From NCBI RefSeq assembly GCF_001194135.2, contig NC_069003.1, positions 29,113,629-29,177,628 of the forward strand: a stretch of 64,000 bases of DNA, in the 5' to 3' direction. Source of the DNA: Octopus bimaculoides. Taxonomy: Eukaryota. This document shows positions 62,736-64,000 of this stretch, one piece after another. The stretch's first letter is position 1. Every line of letters begins with the position of its first letter. A model generated the notes under the pieces. That model saw only the letters and a program-made list of their open reading frames with translations, was not told the DNA's origin and did no database searches. A program made the position numbers and the translations under genes.

Positions 62736-63382
62736 GTGTGTGTATGTGTGTGTATACACATATATATAACACTGAGGAATTTCTGAGATAAACCCAGCGA
62801 CAATTGAGTAAATACTGTGGATGACATCAGGTAACCTAAATCAGTGAACATGCTTCACCGGCTAACTACTAGGAACATAGCCAATAGTTAAGTAATTACT
62901 CTATATATATATACCAAATTTCAAAATATTTCTCCTTGGCAAGTGCCCAGGTTCCTTCAAACAACAACAAAGAAGGAATAAAGAAAGACAATTTATCAAC
63001 AAGTATAAACCACAATTAAATATAGCCCCAACCACAACCAATAAATAAGAACAGACACTTAAAAACAATTTTATACTATATTATTATCGTTTTGGAAAAT
63101 ACTTCTCATCATTTCCTAAATCATTTTTCCAATATTCATATATACTAGCGCAACCATACAGACACACATGTACACAAAAAAGAAAATATCACAAGAACAC
63201 ACAAACACAAACACACATACACTCTCACACACATACAAACGAAAATATCACAAAAACACATTCACAACTCTGTACCTACACACACAAACACATACACATA
63301 CACACATACGCACCAAAGAAACATCACAAAAAGTACACTTACAAACATATCCATACATACACTCACACACACACACACACAC

Positions 63383-63416
<34 letters not shown>

Positions 63417-63532
63417 ACACATATACAATCCTAATTCTTTCTTCAACAAGAGAAATTCTTCACAGGATACACACCCATCAACTCACAGCTGGTCATTTTT
63501 CAAAACATATTCAAAGGACATACATTCACCAC

Positions 63533-63578
<46 letters not shown>

Positions 63579-63880
63579 TACACGCAAACACAAACACAGA
63601 CACACATGCACACACACACACACACACATACACATACACTTGCACACAGTTGGAAATAAAACTCATTCAATAAATACTTTCTAGCCATTCCCTTGGCAGG
63701 AACACACAAAGATTTCTTTTAGACAATAGACACCCCTTCTCTCACTCTCTAACACTTTGAACTCTATACCAAACTATATTTAAAGAAGACTCCGACGAAA
63801 AATCTCCAGACATGTTCTTGACCCCCAGACAGAAGAATTACTGTTTTTACCTCAAACTTTTATAAATTTTTAATGATATT

Positions 63881-63916
63881 TGTTTGATAAGATAAGATAC
63901 ATCGAAACCGGTAATA
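63881..63916 (+). ncRNA. hammerhead-like fold, U3-A8 core variant
   Basis: UGU-UUGAUAA-GAU(AAGAUAC)AUC-GAAA-CCGG-UA-AUA: 3-bp stem II, palindromic ACCGGU, 3-bp stem I. Confidence 0.4.
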
Positions 63917-64000
63917 TTTTCTTTATATATTTTTTAAAACCGTTTTCATTAAATTCCTTCTTAAATTGAAATGTCTTAGACTTACATCTGTACTATTTCT

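Overview
Eukaryotic, AT-rich, repeat-dense draft-assembly sequence with many N gaps. The CA/TA/AAT microsatellite load and the tRNA-derived SINE families look like an octopus (coleoid cephalopod) genome; this is an inference from the repeat landscape, not a database match. No complete host protein-coding gene can be supported. Almost all ORF-track entries are microsatellite or N-gap artefacts, and only a few isolated splice-site-flanked exon candidates remain, so the window is probably intronic or intergenic. Recognisable content: four or more tRNA-headed SINE families (about 30 copies or fragments); two 5'-truncated restriction-like-endonuclease (RLE) LINE ends sitting in (AAT)n tracts; several mariner transposase relics; an RTE relic; a 336-bp TRIM with 72-bp LTRs, a tRNA-Ser-type PBS and a PPT; a 72-bp palindromic MADE1-like mini-MITE; and minisatellites. 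The most interesting signal is a set of short microsatellite-associated elements carrying minimal hammerhead-ribozyme folds of four sequence types: a canonical-core type I, a CUGUUGA/CUGAUGA family in 3 copies, a permuted type II-like fold inside a 416-bp unit bounded by 28-bp direct repeats, and a U3-A8 covariant type in 2 copies. These suggest Penelope-derived or retrozyme-like RNA elements. All folds were made by eye and none has been tested for activity.
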